64,000 bases of DNA. Origin: Flavobacterium sp. GTDB taxonomy: Bacteria; Bacteroidota; Bacteroidia; Flavobacteriales; Flavobacteriaceae. The notes under the pieces were generated by a model. That model saw only the letters and a program-made list of their open reading frames with translations, was not told the DNA's origin and searched no databases. The stretch's first letter is position 1, and each line of letters begins with the position of its first letter. Made by a program: the position numbers and the translations under genes. Positions 29,313-37,220 of this stretch are shown here, piece by piece. The stretch is taken from contig NZ_JANOBI010000023.1 in the NCBI RefSeq assembly GCF_031411595.1, positions 304-64,303 on the forward strand, read 5' to 3'.

Positions 29313-29939
29313 ATGGCGATTGTGTTACCACTTTTCTTGGGTTTTAGTATTGCTTTTCTTGCGGTTATTCTTCCGGGATTAATCAATATGACAGCAGCAA
29401 AAATCAGCTTAGAAGAAGGTAAAACACAAGCTATGAGTTTCGCTATTGGTGCCTCGATTGTTGTTTTTTTTCAAACGTATCTTGCGGTACTTTTCGCCAG
29501 ATTCATCAGTATTCACACCGAAATCATTTCGATGTTGCAGGAAATCGGCATCTTGATTTTTACGGGATTGAGCATTTTCTTTTTCTGGATTGCCAAGAAA
29601 CCAAAAAAGCCCAAAGCTGATATTAAAATCAAAGGCAAATCAAACCGTTTTTTCTTTGGCATATTGATGTCGATGATCAATTTTCTGCCGATTCCGTTTT
29701 ATGTTTTCGCGAGTATGAGTATTGCGAGTTCAGGGTATTTTCATTTCGAACGCTATGAAATTTTGAATTTCGTTCTCGGCGTCGTTCTCGGATCGTTTAC
29801 CGTTTTTTATATTTACCTCGTAGCCTTCAAATCGATTGAAAACAAAACCAAATTTTTGATGAAAAACATCAACACGATTATTGGTTGCGTCACTTTGAGT
29901 ATGGCGCTTTTCACTTTATTCAAACTCATTTACCATTAA
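29313..29939 (+). CDS. LysE-family translocator-like membrane protein
   Basis: 208 aa, about 6 TM segments. Starts immediately after the trmB stop. Confidence 0.6.
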   Translation: MAIVLPLFLGFSIAFLAVILPGLINMTAAKISLEEGKTQAMSFAIGASIVVFFQTYLAVLFARFISIHTEIISMLQEIGILIFTGLSIFFFWIAKKPKKPKADIKIKGKSNRFFFGILMSMINFLPIPFYVFASMSIASSGYFHFERYEILNFVLGVVLGSFTVFYIYLVAFKSIENKTKFLMKNINTIIGCVTLSMALFTLFKLIYH

Positions 29940-29941
29940 TC

Positions 29942-30274
29942 ATGGAACCCAATTTCTTCGAACGTGTTTACGCCGTTGCCAAACAAATTCCATACGGTAA
30001 AGTCACTTCGTATGGCGCCATTGCCAAAGCACTAGGCACCGGAAGATCTGCAAGAATGGTTGGCTGGGCCATGAATGCATCCCACAGTATGGAAGATATT
30101 CCCGCACATCGCGTGGTCAACAGAAAAGGATTGCTCACCGGAAAACACCATTTCGACGGCACGAATTTAATGCAGCAACTACTCGAAAGCGAAGGCATCA
30201 AAGTAGTCGATAATCAAATCATCGATTTCGAAAAACATTTTTGGGAGCCGGAAGTTGATGGTTGTTTGTTGTAG
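29942..30274 (+). CDS. MGMT-family (methylated-DNA--protein-cysteine methyltransferase DNA-binding domain) protein
   Basis: Start moved to ATG 29942 (MEPNFFERVYAVAKQIPYGKVTSYGAIA...PAHRVV). The ORF-track N-terminus overlaps the LysE-like gene. Confidence 0.8.
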   Translation: MEPNFFERVYAVAKQIPYGKVTSYGAIAKALGTGRSARMVGWAMNASHSMEDIPAHRVVNRKGLLTGKHHFDGTNLMQQLLESEGIKVVDNQIIDFEKHFWEPEVDGCLL

Positions 30275-30412
30275 GTTGTTTGTTGCGTTTACTTTTTTTT
30301 GAACGGTACTTTTCAATTTGCATTTTGTCTTGCATCTTCAAATATGAACTGAAAAATACTCGTTCTGATTTACGAATAGTAACCTACAACCTACAACTTA
30401 CAACTGTCAACT
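30253..30412. repeat. Inverted arms built of tandem GTTGTAGG/GTTGTTTG octamers (30253-30284 vs 30381-30412, 26/32 match) around a ~96-bp spacer
   Basis: Aligned by eye. The left arm overlaps the last codons of 29942..30274. Confidence 0.75.
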
Positions 30413-30503
30413 AAACTTTGAAACTTCATAACTTCTTCACTATCTTTGCAATCTAAAATCAGTTTAAATAAAGATAACTTTTAAACGGTCAATAGTTCTT
30501 CAA

Positions 30504-31631
30504 ATGAAATTAGACAGAAAAGAAATCCTCAAAGCACTCGAAACCATTACGATTGCAGGAGAAGGAAAAAATATGGTTGAAAGTGGGGCAGTAGTGAAAG
30601 TACTCACGTTCGGCGATGAAGTTGTAGTCGAATTGGTCCTACACACACCCGCGATGCACATCAAAAAACGCGCGGAAGACGACATCAGAAAAACGATACA
30701 CGATTTGGTTTCACCCGAAGCCAAAGTCAAAGTCAATATCAAAGTCGAAACACCCGAGAAAAACGAAATCAAAGGAAAATCGATTCCCGGAATCAAAAAC
30801 ATCATTGCTGTTGCTTCAGGAAAAGGCGGCGTTGGGAAATCTACGGTTACTGCAAATCTAGCCGTAACCCTAGCCAAAATGGGATTCGCAGTTGGCGTTC
30901 TTGATGCCGATATCTACGGACCATCGATGCCCATTATGTTTGATGTTGAATCGGAAAAACCAATTTCAATCACCGTCGACGGTCGTTCCAAAATGAAACC
31001 CATCGAAAGCTACGAAGTTAAAATTCTATCGATTGGATTCTTCACTGCGCCAAGTCAAGCCGTTATCTGGCGAGGCCCTATGGCTTCGAAAGCTTTAAAC
31101 CAAATGATATTCGACGCCGATTGGGGCGAACTCGATTTCATGCTAATTGATTTACCACCGGGAACAGGCGACATCCACTTATCGATCATGCAATCTTTAC
31201 CGATTACAGGAGCCGTTGTTGTCAGCACACCACAAGCCGTGGCACTAGCCGATGCCAAAAAAGGCGTATCGATGTTTTTATCCGAAAGCATCAATGTTCC
31301 CGTATTGGGAATCGTCGAAAACATGGCGTATTTCACACCAGAAGAATTGCCAAACAACAAATATTATATTTTCGGAAACGGTGGCGCACGCAACCTCGCA
31401 GAAGATTTACAAGTACCGTTTTTAGGCGAAGTGCCAATAGTGCAAAGCATCCGAGAAGCAGGCGATTTTGGTCGACCAGCCGCCATGCAAACCGCATCAG
31501 TGATTGAAAAAGTATTCGAAGAAATCACCAGAAATATCGTGCAAGAAGTAGTCAGCAGAAACGAAAGCTTGCCGCCAACAGAAGCGATTAAAATCACGAC
31601 AATGGCGGGTTGTTCTGCAGTAAAAAAATAG
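30504..31631 (+). CDS. apbC: Mrp/NBP35 family Fe-S cluster carrier ATPase
   Basis: 375 aa. Deviant Walker A VASGKGGVGKST. N-terminal DUF59-like region. Confidence 0.9.
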   Translation: MKLDRKEILKALETITIAGEGKNMVESGAVVKVLTFGDEVVVELVLHTPAMHIKKRAEDDIRKTIHDLVSPEAKVKVNIKVETPEKNEIKGKSIPGIKNIIAVASGKGGVGKSTVTANLAVTLAKMGFAVGVLDADIYGPSMPIMFDVESEKPISITVDGRSKMKPIESYEVKILSIGFFTAPSQAVIWRGPMASKALNQMIFDADWGELDFMLIDLPPGTGDIHLSIMQSLPITGAVVVSTPQAVALADAKKGVSMFLSESINVPVLGIVENMAYFTPEELPNNKYYIFGNGGARNLAEDLQVPFLGEVPIVQSIREAGDFGRPAAMQTASVIEKVFEEITRNIVQEVVSRNESLPPTEAIKITTMAGCSAVKK

Positions 31632-31695
31632 ATTGTAAGACTGTAAGATTTTAAGATTTGTTCTGACTATCTTGAAATCTTACAGTCTCACAGTC
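31631..31695. repeat. 27-bp-stem hairpin built from (G)ACTGTAAG-type octamers, 11-nt loop
   Basis: GATTGTAAGACTGTAAGATTTTAAGAT (31631-31657) versus ATCTTGAAATCTTACAGTCTCACAGTC (31669-31695), 24/27 complementary. Lies between apbC and nifU. Confidence 0.8.
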
Positions 31696-31717
31696 CTAAA
31701 ATTTAAAAAACCTAAAA

Positions 31718-31957
31718 ATGACCACAGAAGAATTAACCATCAACGTAGAAAAAGCCCTCGAGGAAATTCGCCCTTTTCTGAATTCCGACGGCGGCGACAT
31801 CACCTTGATTTCTATAGAAGCAGACAAACACGTCACCGTACGTCTCGAAGGCGCGTGCACGAGTTGTAGTGTCAATCAAATGACTTTGCGCGCGGGCGTA
31901 GAAACGACCATCAAGAAGTTCGCACCGCAAATCGAGACGGTTGTTAATATTGCTTAA
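31718..31957 (+). CDS. NifU-like (C-terminal domain type) Fe-S assembly protein
   Basis: 79 aa. LEEIRPFLNSDGGDI...GACTSCS CxxC motif. Confidence 0.85.
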   Translation: MTTEELTINVEKALEEIRPFLNSDGGDITLISIEADKHVTVRLEGACTSCSVNQMTLRAGVETTIKKFAPQIETVVNIA

Positions 31958-31962
31958 TGTAT

Positions 31963-32048
31963 GGGCGTGCCCACAAGGGCCGGGCTTTCCACTAAATCTT
32001 TTGCGTCGAACGCCGACACAAAAGGATACCGTTCCAATCCCTCACGCG
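31963..32048 (+). repeat. Palindromic intergenic element, copy A
   Basis: GGGCGTGCCCACAAGGGCCGGGCTTTCCACT...CTTTTGCGTCG-AACGC-CGACACAAAAG...CCAATCCCTCACGCG. Central hairpin plus flanks shared with copies at 37141, 38021, 49663 and 62481. Confidence 0.8.
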
Positions 32049-32126
32049 ATATCGCATACCATAGTAATTTCGTCTAAAAATGATAATTATCAGTTCACGC
32101 AAGTTCTGCTTTTCTGACCTTTGTGC

Positions 32127-32166
32127 CTCAGCAACTCAGTAACTCAGCAACTCAGTAACTCAAAAA
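32127..32166 (+). repeat. Tandem octamer array (CTCAGCAA/CTCAGTAA) x4.5 abutting the start codon at 32169
   Basis: Read directly. Confidence 0.9.
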
Positions 32167-32168
32167 GA

Positions 32169-33224
32169 ATGATTAAAACAGATATACTCATCATCGGCGC
32201 CGGTCCAACCGGACTTTTCACCGTTTTCGAAGCCGGGCTTTTAAAACTAAAATGCCACATCATCGATGCTTTGCCACAAATCGGCGGGCAACTTTCAGAA
32301 CTCTATCCCAAAAAACCCATTTTCGATATTCCCGGATTTCCCGAAGTATTAGCAGGCGATTTGGTTGATAATCTGATGGAACAAATCAAACAATTCCAAC
32401 CCGGATTTACATTGGGCGAACGCGCTGAAACTATACAGAAATTAGAAGACGGAACGTTCATCGTAATCACTGATAAAGGCACAAAACACCACGCCAATTC
32501 CATAGCCATTGCCGGTGGATTGGGTAGTTTTGAACCCAGAAAACCACTCATTGAAGACATCGAATTCTACGAAGGCAAAGGTGTCAAATACTTCATCAAA
32601 AACCCTGAGAAATTCCGCGACAAAAGAGTCGTGATTTCAGGTGGTGGCGACTCAGCTTTAGACTGGAGCATTTTCCTGTCAAACATAGCTTCAGAAGTAA
32701 CTTTAATACACCGACGTAACGAATTTCGTGGCGCTTTAGATTCGGTTGAAAAAGTACAAGAATTAAAAAATCTAGGAAAAATAAAACTGATTACACCCGC
32801 AGAAGTGGTTGGACTCAACGGTTCTGAACACCTTGAGTCTGTTGACTTACAAGATGATAAAGGAGCCCATAGAAAAATAGAAACCGATTATTTCATTCCG
32901 CTTTTTGGACTCACACCCAAATTAGGGCCAATTGCTGATTGGGGTTTAGAAATCGAGAAAAATGCGATAAAAGTCAACAATGCACTCGATTACCAAACTA
33001 ATATTCCAGGAATATACGCGATTGGCGATGTCAATACATATCCCGGAAAACTCAAACTGATTTTGTGCGGATTCCATGAAGCGACTTTAATGTGTCAAAG
33101 CGTGTATCAAAGAATGAATCCCGGAAAAAAATACGTGATGAAATACACTACAGTTTCGGGTGTTGACGGTTTTGACGGTACGAGAAAAGAAGCAGAGAAA
33201 GCCGTTATAAAATCGATTGATTAA
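32169..33224 (+). CDS. Thioredoxin-reductase-like ferredoxin--NADP(+) reductase
   Basis: Start moved to ATG 32169 (MIKTDILIIGAGPTGLF FAD motif). Second dinucleotide motif VISGGGDSALD. The upstream track extension is translated octamer repeat. Confidence 0.85.
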   Translation: MIKTDILIIGAGPTGLFTVFEAGLLKLKCHIIDALPQIGGQLSELYPKKPIFDIPGFPEVLAGDLVDNLMEQIKQFQPGFTLGERAETIQKLEDGTFIVITDKGTKHHANSIAIAGGLGSFEPRKPLIEDIEFYEGKGVKYFIKNPEKFRDKRVVISGGGDSALDWSIFLSNIASEVTLIHRRNEFRGALDSVEKVQELKNLGKIKLITPAEVVGLNGSEHLESVDLQDDKGAHRKIETDYFIPLFGLTPKLGPIADWGLEIEKNAIKVNNALDYQTNIPGIYAIGDVNTYPGKLKLILCGFHEATLMCQSVYQRMNPGKKYVMKYTTVSGVDGFDGTRKEAEKAVIKSID

Positions 33225-33225
33225 A

Positions 33226-33798
33226 ATGAAATTAGACCATCCGGAATTAGTCGATTTGCTCAGGAAAGCCTATTCTGCAGAAAAAGCGGCATCTTTCGCT
33301 TATCAAGGTCACGCCGCTTCGGTTAAGGATGAAAATGAAAAAACAGCCATCCACCAAATTGAAATGGATGAATGGTTGCACCGGAAGGAAGTACTTCAAA
33401 TAATGAACGATTTTGATATTGCTGTTTCCAAATGGTATGAATTGAAGTTTCATATAATTGGAAAAACAATTTCTTTAAGCTGTCACATCATCGGTTGGTT
33501 TATGCCTTTTTATTTTGCAGGCCGTCTTGAAAGTGGTAATGTCTGTGAATATTTCAGAATGAAGCATTTCTTCAATGCACTAGGTATTACCAAATACGAT
33601 CAGGTTCTATATGATATGGGTATGAAGGAAAAAGAACATGAAGTTTATTTCCTTGAAAAAATTAAAGACAACAAACTGCTGCCGTTTTTCGAGAAAGTGT
33701 TTTCGTGGGGCGGCGGTCAAGGATTCAACAACATCGACCTCGATAAGAAGTATCCGTTGGAAAATTCCGACCATTACTGTAAAAATAATCAGATTTAA
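33226..33798 (+). CDS. Ferritin-like di-iron-carboxylate family protein
   Basis: Start moved to ATG 33226. Two E...ExxH pairs (SAEKAA / EMDEWLH and RLESGN / EKEHEVYF). Hydrophobic segment in the middle. Confidence 0.6.
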   Translation: MKLDHPELVDLLRKAYSAEKAASFAYQGHAASVKDENEKTAIHQIEMDEWLHRKEVLQIMNDFDIAVSKWYELKFHIIGKTISLSCHIIGWFMPFYFAGRLESGNVCEYFRMKHFFNALGITKYDQVLYDMGMKEKEHEVYFLEKIKDNKLLPFFEKVFSWGGGQGFNNIDLDKKYPLENSDHYCKNNQI

Positions 33799-33799
33799 A

Positions 33800-34126
33800 A
33801 TGGACGTTTTAATAAAAATCACCGACCGAGAAGGCATCACCCACAAAGTAGATGCTCCAACCGACATGAACATGAACATCATGGAACTTGTGCGCGCCTT
33901 CGAACTCGCACCCGAAGGAACCATCGGAATTTGTGGCGGCATGGCCATGTGCGCTTCTTGCCAATGCTATATTCTGAACGATGTGGTATTGCCCGAAAAA
34001 GGCGATGACGAAGAAGCCATGTTATCAGAAGCTTTTCATGTGAAGTCTAACAGCCGATTGGGTTGCCAAATTCATATTACAGAAAACCTAGAAGGACTCG
34101 AAATAGCACTTGCACCTGAAGCATAA
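33800..34126 (+). CDS. 2Fe-2S ferredoxin (adrenodoxin/putidaredoxin type)
   Basis: Start moved to ATG 33800 (MDVLIKITDREG...). Cys cluster CGGMAMCASC plus a distal C (LGCQI). Confidence 0.85.
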   Translation: MDVLIKITDREGITHKVDAPTDMNMNIMELVRAFELAPEGTIGICGGMAMCASCQCYILNDVVLPEKGDDEEAMLSEAFHVKSNSRLGCQIHITENLEGLEIALAPEA

Positions 34127-34150
34127 AAAAAGAAAAGAAATTCTCGTGTT

Positions 34151-34861
34151 TTAATTGGTGAGTATAACTCTAGCTTTGGGGAAAATGCGTTCCACAAATT
34201 TTGCATACGCCAAACCCGATGGATGCAAACCATCGGAAGCTACGAGTTCAGGATGCATCAAGCCTTGTTGTGTAATATCCGTAATATCGACAAACTCAAT
34301 TTGGTTTCTATTGCAATATTCTTGAGCAAAAGTATTGTATTGTGCAATTTCCGAAGAGATACTCTCAGCGCCATGCCCATAAGGTGTAAACGCATAATCC
34401 GGAATCGAAACCACGATCACATTGGTTTTATCGCCTTTGGCTAAAGCAACCGCCTTATCAACCAATTGTGGGAATTCCTGCTCATATAAAGCGAAAGGCT
34501 TGTGTTGGTATTGGTTGTTGACGCCAATTAGTAGGGTTACCAAATCATAATCACTAGTTGGGTTTTGCGTGTTGATGGCATTGATTAAATTCGTGGTTGT
34601 CCAACCGGTTGTAGCTATAATTTTTAAAGAAAAACTGTCGTTAGGAAAGGTTCGATGTATACCGGATTTTAATTGTTCCGGAAATCGACATGTATCGCAA
34701 ACGTTTTGCCCGATAGTATAACTGTCGCCCAAAGCCAAATACTTTAATTGTTTTGGAGCGCTATTTAGGTTGTTATAATAGGGTAAGGTTTGCTCTTGAC
34801 TGCAATTGCAAAACAACAGCAGGCTATATAAAGCGAACAATATTTTCGGGAACCATTTCAT
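34151..34861 (-). CDS. SGNH/GDSL hydrolase family lipoprotein
   Basis: 236 aa. LALGDSYT block I, GVNN block III, DGLHP block V. Confidence 0.8.
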   Translation of the reverse strand: MKWFPKILFALYSLLLFCNCSQEQTLPYYNNLNSAPKQLKYLALGDSYTIGQNVCDTCRFPEQLKSGIHRTFPNDSFSLKIIATTGWTTTNLINAINTQNPTSDYDLVTLLIGVNNQYQHKPFALYEQEFPQLVDKAVALAKGDKTNVIVVSIPDYAFTPYGHGAESISSEIAQYNTFAQEYCNRNQIEFVDITDITQQGLMHPELVASDGLHPSGLAYAKFVERIFPKARVILTN

Positions 34862-34908
34862 AAGCTGCTTTTTTTATTAACAGTTACGAGAATGCTGCAC
34901 TAGTGGTT

Positions 34909-35691
34909 TTACGCCATAGTTACATTCATCATAATCTTTTCTTCAATAGCATCCCAAAGACCAACGCGTTTTTCTAAAGCAAGGATAGAGGTTTCGGTTA
35001 CTTCTTGCCATTTTACGGCGTCATCTCCGCAAAGCTCGGTAATCATTTGCATTGCCATTGGACCGTGTTCGTCGGCATCGAGTTCGATGTGTCTTTCAAA
35101 ATAATAAATGAGTTGGCGTAAATCGGTTTCGGGAAAATGCTTCTCAAAATTTCTGAGAATTTCAGTAAACATGGCCGGAATTAAATCTTCTCTACCAAAC
35201 GTAAAGGCTGCTGCAATTTTATGCGATTTGCCTTCTTCAATGGTTCTAAATGTAAAATCTAAAAAAGCTTTCACATTTGGATGTAAATGACTTTGCTTGA
35301 TGGCAACGAATATGTTTTGTAGTGAAAAGACATTCGCTATAAATTTTTCAATTTCTTGAGTATTGGCGCCACACGATTGCATCGCATTGATATACATTTC
35401 AAAATGACTTTGGCGTTTTCCATCTAAAGTCAAATCGCTTTCTTCAGCCAAAACAATTTCATTAATCAAATAACGCATTTCCGAATTTGGAGTCGCAAAC
35501 CAAGGCGTTGTTGTACAAGTGAGTTTCGATTGCAGTGCTTTGAGCAGCGACATAAAATCCCAAACGGCATACACGTGCGTTTCTAAAAAGCCATGCAAAT
35601 CTTCTAAAGTCTGCACTTTTTGATACAACGAATGCTGCAGCAATTGTTCTTTTTGAGTTTGAATACTATCGTTGATGGTTTGAATGGTCAT
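34909..35691 (-). CDS. DUF3050-like (heme-oxygenase-like fold) protein
   Basis: 260 aa. All-helical pattern and HVYAVWDFMSLLK motif, as I recall for DUF3050. Not verified by search. Confidence 0.55.
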   Translation of the reverse strand: MTIQTINDSIQTQKEQLLQHSLYQKVQTLEDLHGFLETHVYAVWDFMSLLKALQSKLTCTTTPWFATPNSEMRYLINEIVLAEESDLTLDGKRQSHFEMYINAMQSCGANTQEIEKFIANVFSLQNIFVAIKQSHLHPNVKAFLDFTFRTIEEGKSHKIAAAFTFGREDLIPAMFTEILRNFEKHFPETDLRQLIYYFERHIELDADEHGPMAMQMITELCGDDAVKWQEVTETSILALEKRVGLWDAIEEKIMMNVTMA

Positions 35692-35713
35692 AGCAATTTT
35701 TTTGTAAAAGTAA

Positions 35714-35742
35714 AAAAGCTTCCTGTTTCCAAGAAGCTTTTG
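35714..35742 (-). terminator. Rho-independent terminator downstream of 35779..36957
   Basis: AAAAGCTTC-CTGTTTCCAA-GAAGCTTTT hairpin with A/T-runs. Confidence 0.7.
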
Positions 35743-35778
35743 TATTGAATTTATCGATACTTTAATAGTTTTTGACTC

Positions 35779-36957
35779 CTATTTAAAAGCCGGAATACCC
35801 GTAATATCCGCACCCGTAATGAGCAAGTGAATGTCATGTGTTCCTTCATAAGTAATCACCGATTCTAAGTTCATACTGTGACGCATGATTGAATATTCAC
35901 CCGTAATGCCCATGCCGCCTAAAATCTGACGTGCTTCACGAGCGATATGAATCGCCATATCGACGTTGTTTCTTTTCGCCATCGAGATTTGTGCTGTAGT
36001 AGCTTTACCTTCATTTCTCAAAACACCCAAACGCCAAGTTAGCAATTGAGCTTTGGTGATTTCAGTAATCATTTCCGCTAATTTTTTCTGTTGCAATTGG
36101 AACGAAGCAATCGGTTTGTCGAACTGAATTCTTTCTTTCGCATAACGTAAAGCCGTGTCATAGCAATCCATTGCAGCACCGATAGCGCCCCAAGCGATTC
36201 CGTAACGCGCCGAATCCAAACATTGCATCGGAGCACCCAAACCGGATTTACCAGGCATTAAATTTTCTTTCGGAACTTTTACGTTATTGAAAACCAATTC
36301 ACCCGTAGCCGAAGCACGAAGCGACCATTTGTTGTGTGTTTCCGGCGTTGTAAAACCTTCCATACCACGTTCTACGATAAGCCCGTGAATTCTTCCTTCT
36401 TCGTTTTTTGCCCAAACCACAGCAATGTCTGCGAAGGGTGCATTCGAAATCCACATTTTGGCGCCGTTCAATAAATAGTGGTCGCCCATATCTTTAAAAT
36501 TCGTAGTCATGCCACTTGGATTGGAACCGTGATCCGGCTCCGTCAAACCAAAGCAACCCATGAATTCTCCTGTAGCTAATTTTGGTAAATATTTTTGGCG
36601 TTGTTCTTCGGTTCCGAATTTCCAAATTGGGTACATCACCAAAGACGATTGCACTGATGACGTAGAACGAACACCAGAATCACCGCGTTCAATTTCTTGC
36701 ATGATCAATCCGTAAGAGATTTGGTCTAAACCGGCACCGCCATATTCCTCGGGAATGTAAGGTCCAAAACCACCAATTTCGCCCAAACCTTTAATGATTT
36801 GTTTCGGAAATTCGGCACGTTGTGCATAGTCTTCAATGATCGGAGAAACTTCGCGTTTCACCCAAGCACGAGCGGAATCACGCACTAATTTATGTTCTTC
36901 GGTGAGTAAATCATCCAACAAATAATAATCTGGAGCTTGAAATAAATCTGGTCGCAT
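35779..36957 (-). CDS. Acyl-CoA dehydrogenase (glutaryl-CoA dehydrogenase-like)
   Basis: 392 aa. ACAD signatures GCFGLTEPDHGSNP and the C-terminal QILGGMGIT...YEGT. Confidence 0.85.
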   Translation of the reverse strand: MRPDLFQAPDYYLLDDLLTEEHKLVRDSARAWVKREVSPIIEDYAQRAEFPKQIIKGLGEIGGFGPYIPEEYGGAGLDQISYGLIMQEIERGDSGVRSTSSVQSSLVMYPIWKFGTEEQRQKYLPKLATGEFMGCFGLTEPDHGSNPSGMTTNFKDMGDHYLLNGAKMWISNAPFADIAVVWAKNEEGRIHGLIVERGMEGFTTPETHNKWSLRASATGELVFNNVKVPKENLMPGKSGLGAPMQCLDSARYGIAWGAIGAAMDCYDTALRYAKERIQFDKPIASFQLQQKKLAEMITEITKAQLLTWRLGVLRNEGKATTAQISMAKRNNVDMAIHIAREARQILGGMGITGEYSIMRHSMNLESVITYEGTHDIHLLITGADITGIPAFK

Positions 36958-37034
36958 AATGTTTAATTTGGTTTACGAAAACGTTTGCAAATTTAAGGAA
37001 ACATTTTCGAGAAAACAGCTAAGAATGGTTATAA

Positions 37035-37105
37035 TTTTTTCGCGGCTTTGCGTCTTTGCGAGCCATAAAATAATTTCTCGCGAAGCCGCAAAGCCGCAAA
37101 GTTTG
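37035..37105. repeat. CGCAAAG-family imperfect palindrome (CGCGGCTTTGCGTCTTTGCGAG ... CTCGCGAAGCCGCAAAGCCGCAAAG)
   Basis: The arms are reverse complements of each other with a few mismatches. Same word family as 5575, 58018 and the others. Confidence 0.75.
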
Positions 37106-37140
37106 AAATGATTTAATTGTTTTTTTGATTTAATTTTTTA

Positions 37141-37220
37141 GGAGCCGGGAACCTGCTATCATTCCAATCTTTTGTGTCGAAAATGACACAAAAGGATTTT
37201 CCCTTCTATCAGGGCTAGGG
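37141..37220 (-). repeat. Palindromic intergenic element, copy C (reverse orientation)
   Basis: Its reverse complement aligns with copies D and E: TAGCCCTGAT...ATCCTTTTGTGTC-loop-GACACAAAAGAT...CAGCAGGTTCCCGGCT. Abuts the stop codon of 37221..37928. Confidence 0.8.

Noticed and set aside
32121-32168. N-terminal extension of the ferredoxin-NADP reductase ORF (MCLSNSVTQQLSNSKR).
   Set aside because: It is a translation of the CTCAG[C/T]AA octamer array from a non-ATG start. The conserved FAD-binding N-terminus begins at ATG 32169.
33638-33799. N-terminal extension of the ferredoxin ORF. Similar track extensions occur at 29885, 39610, 40445, 53500, 54782, 60315, 60355, 63979, 25504, 22543, 21257 and 28543.
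   Set aside because: The extensions overlap upstream genes or use TTG/GTG codons upstream of an ATG that gives a canonical N-terminus (signal peptide or conserved motif). Starts were moved accordingly.
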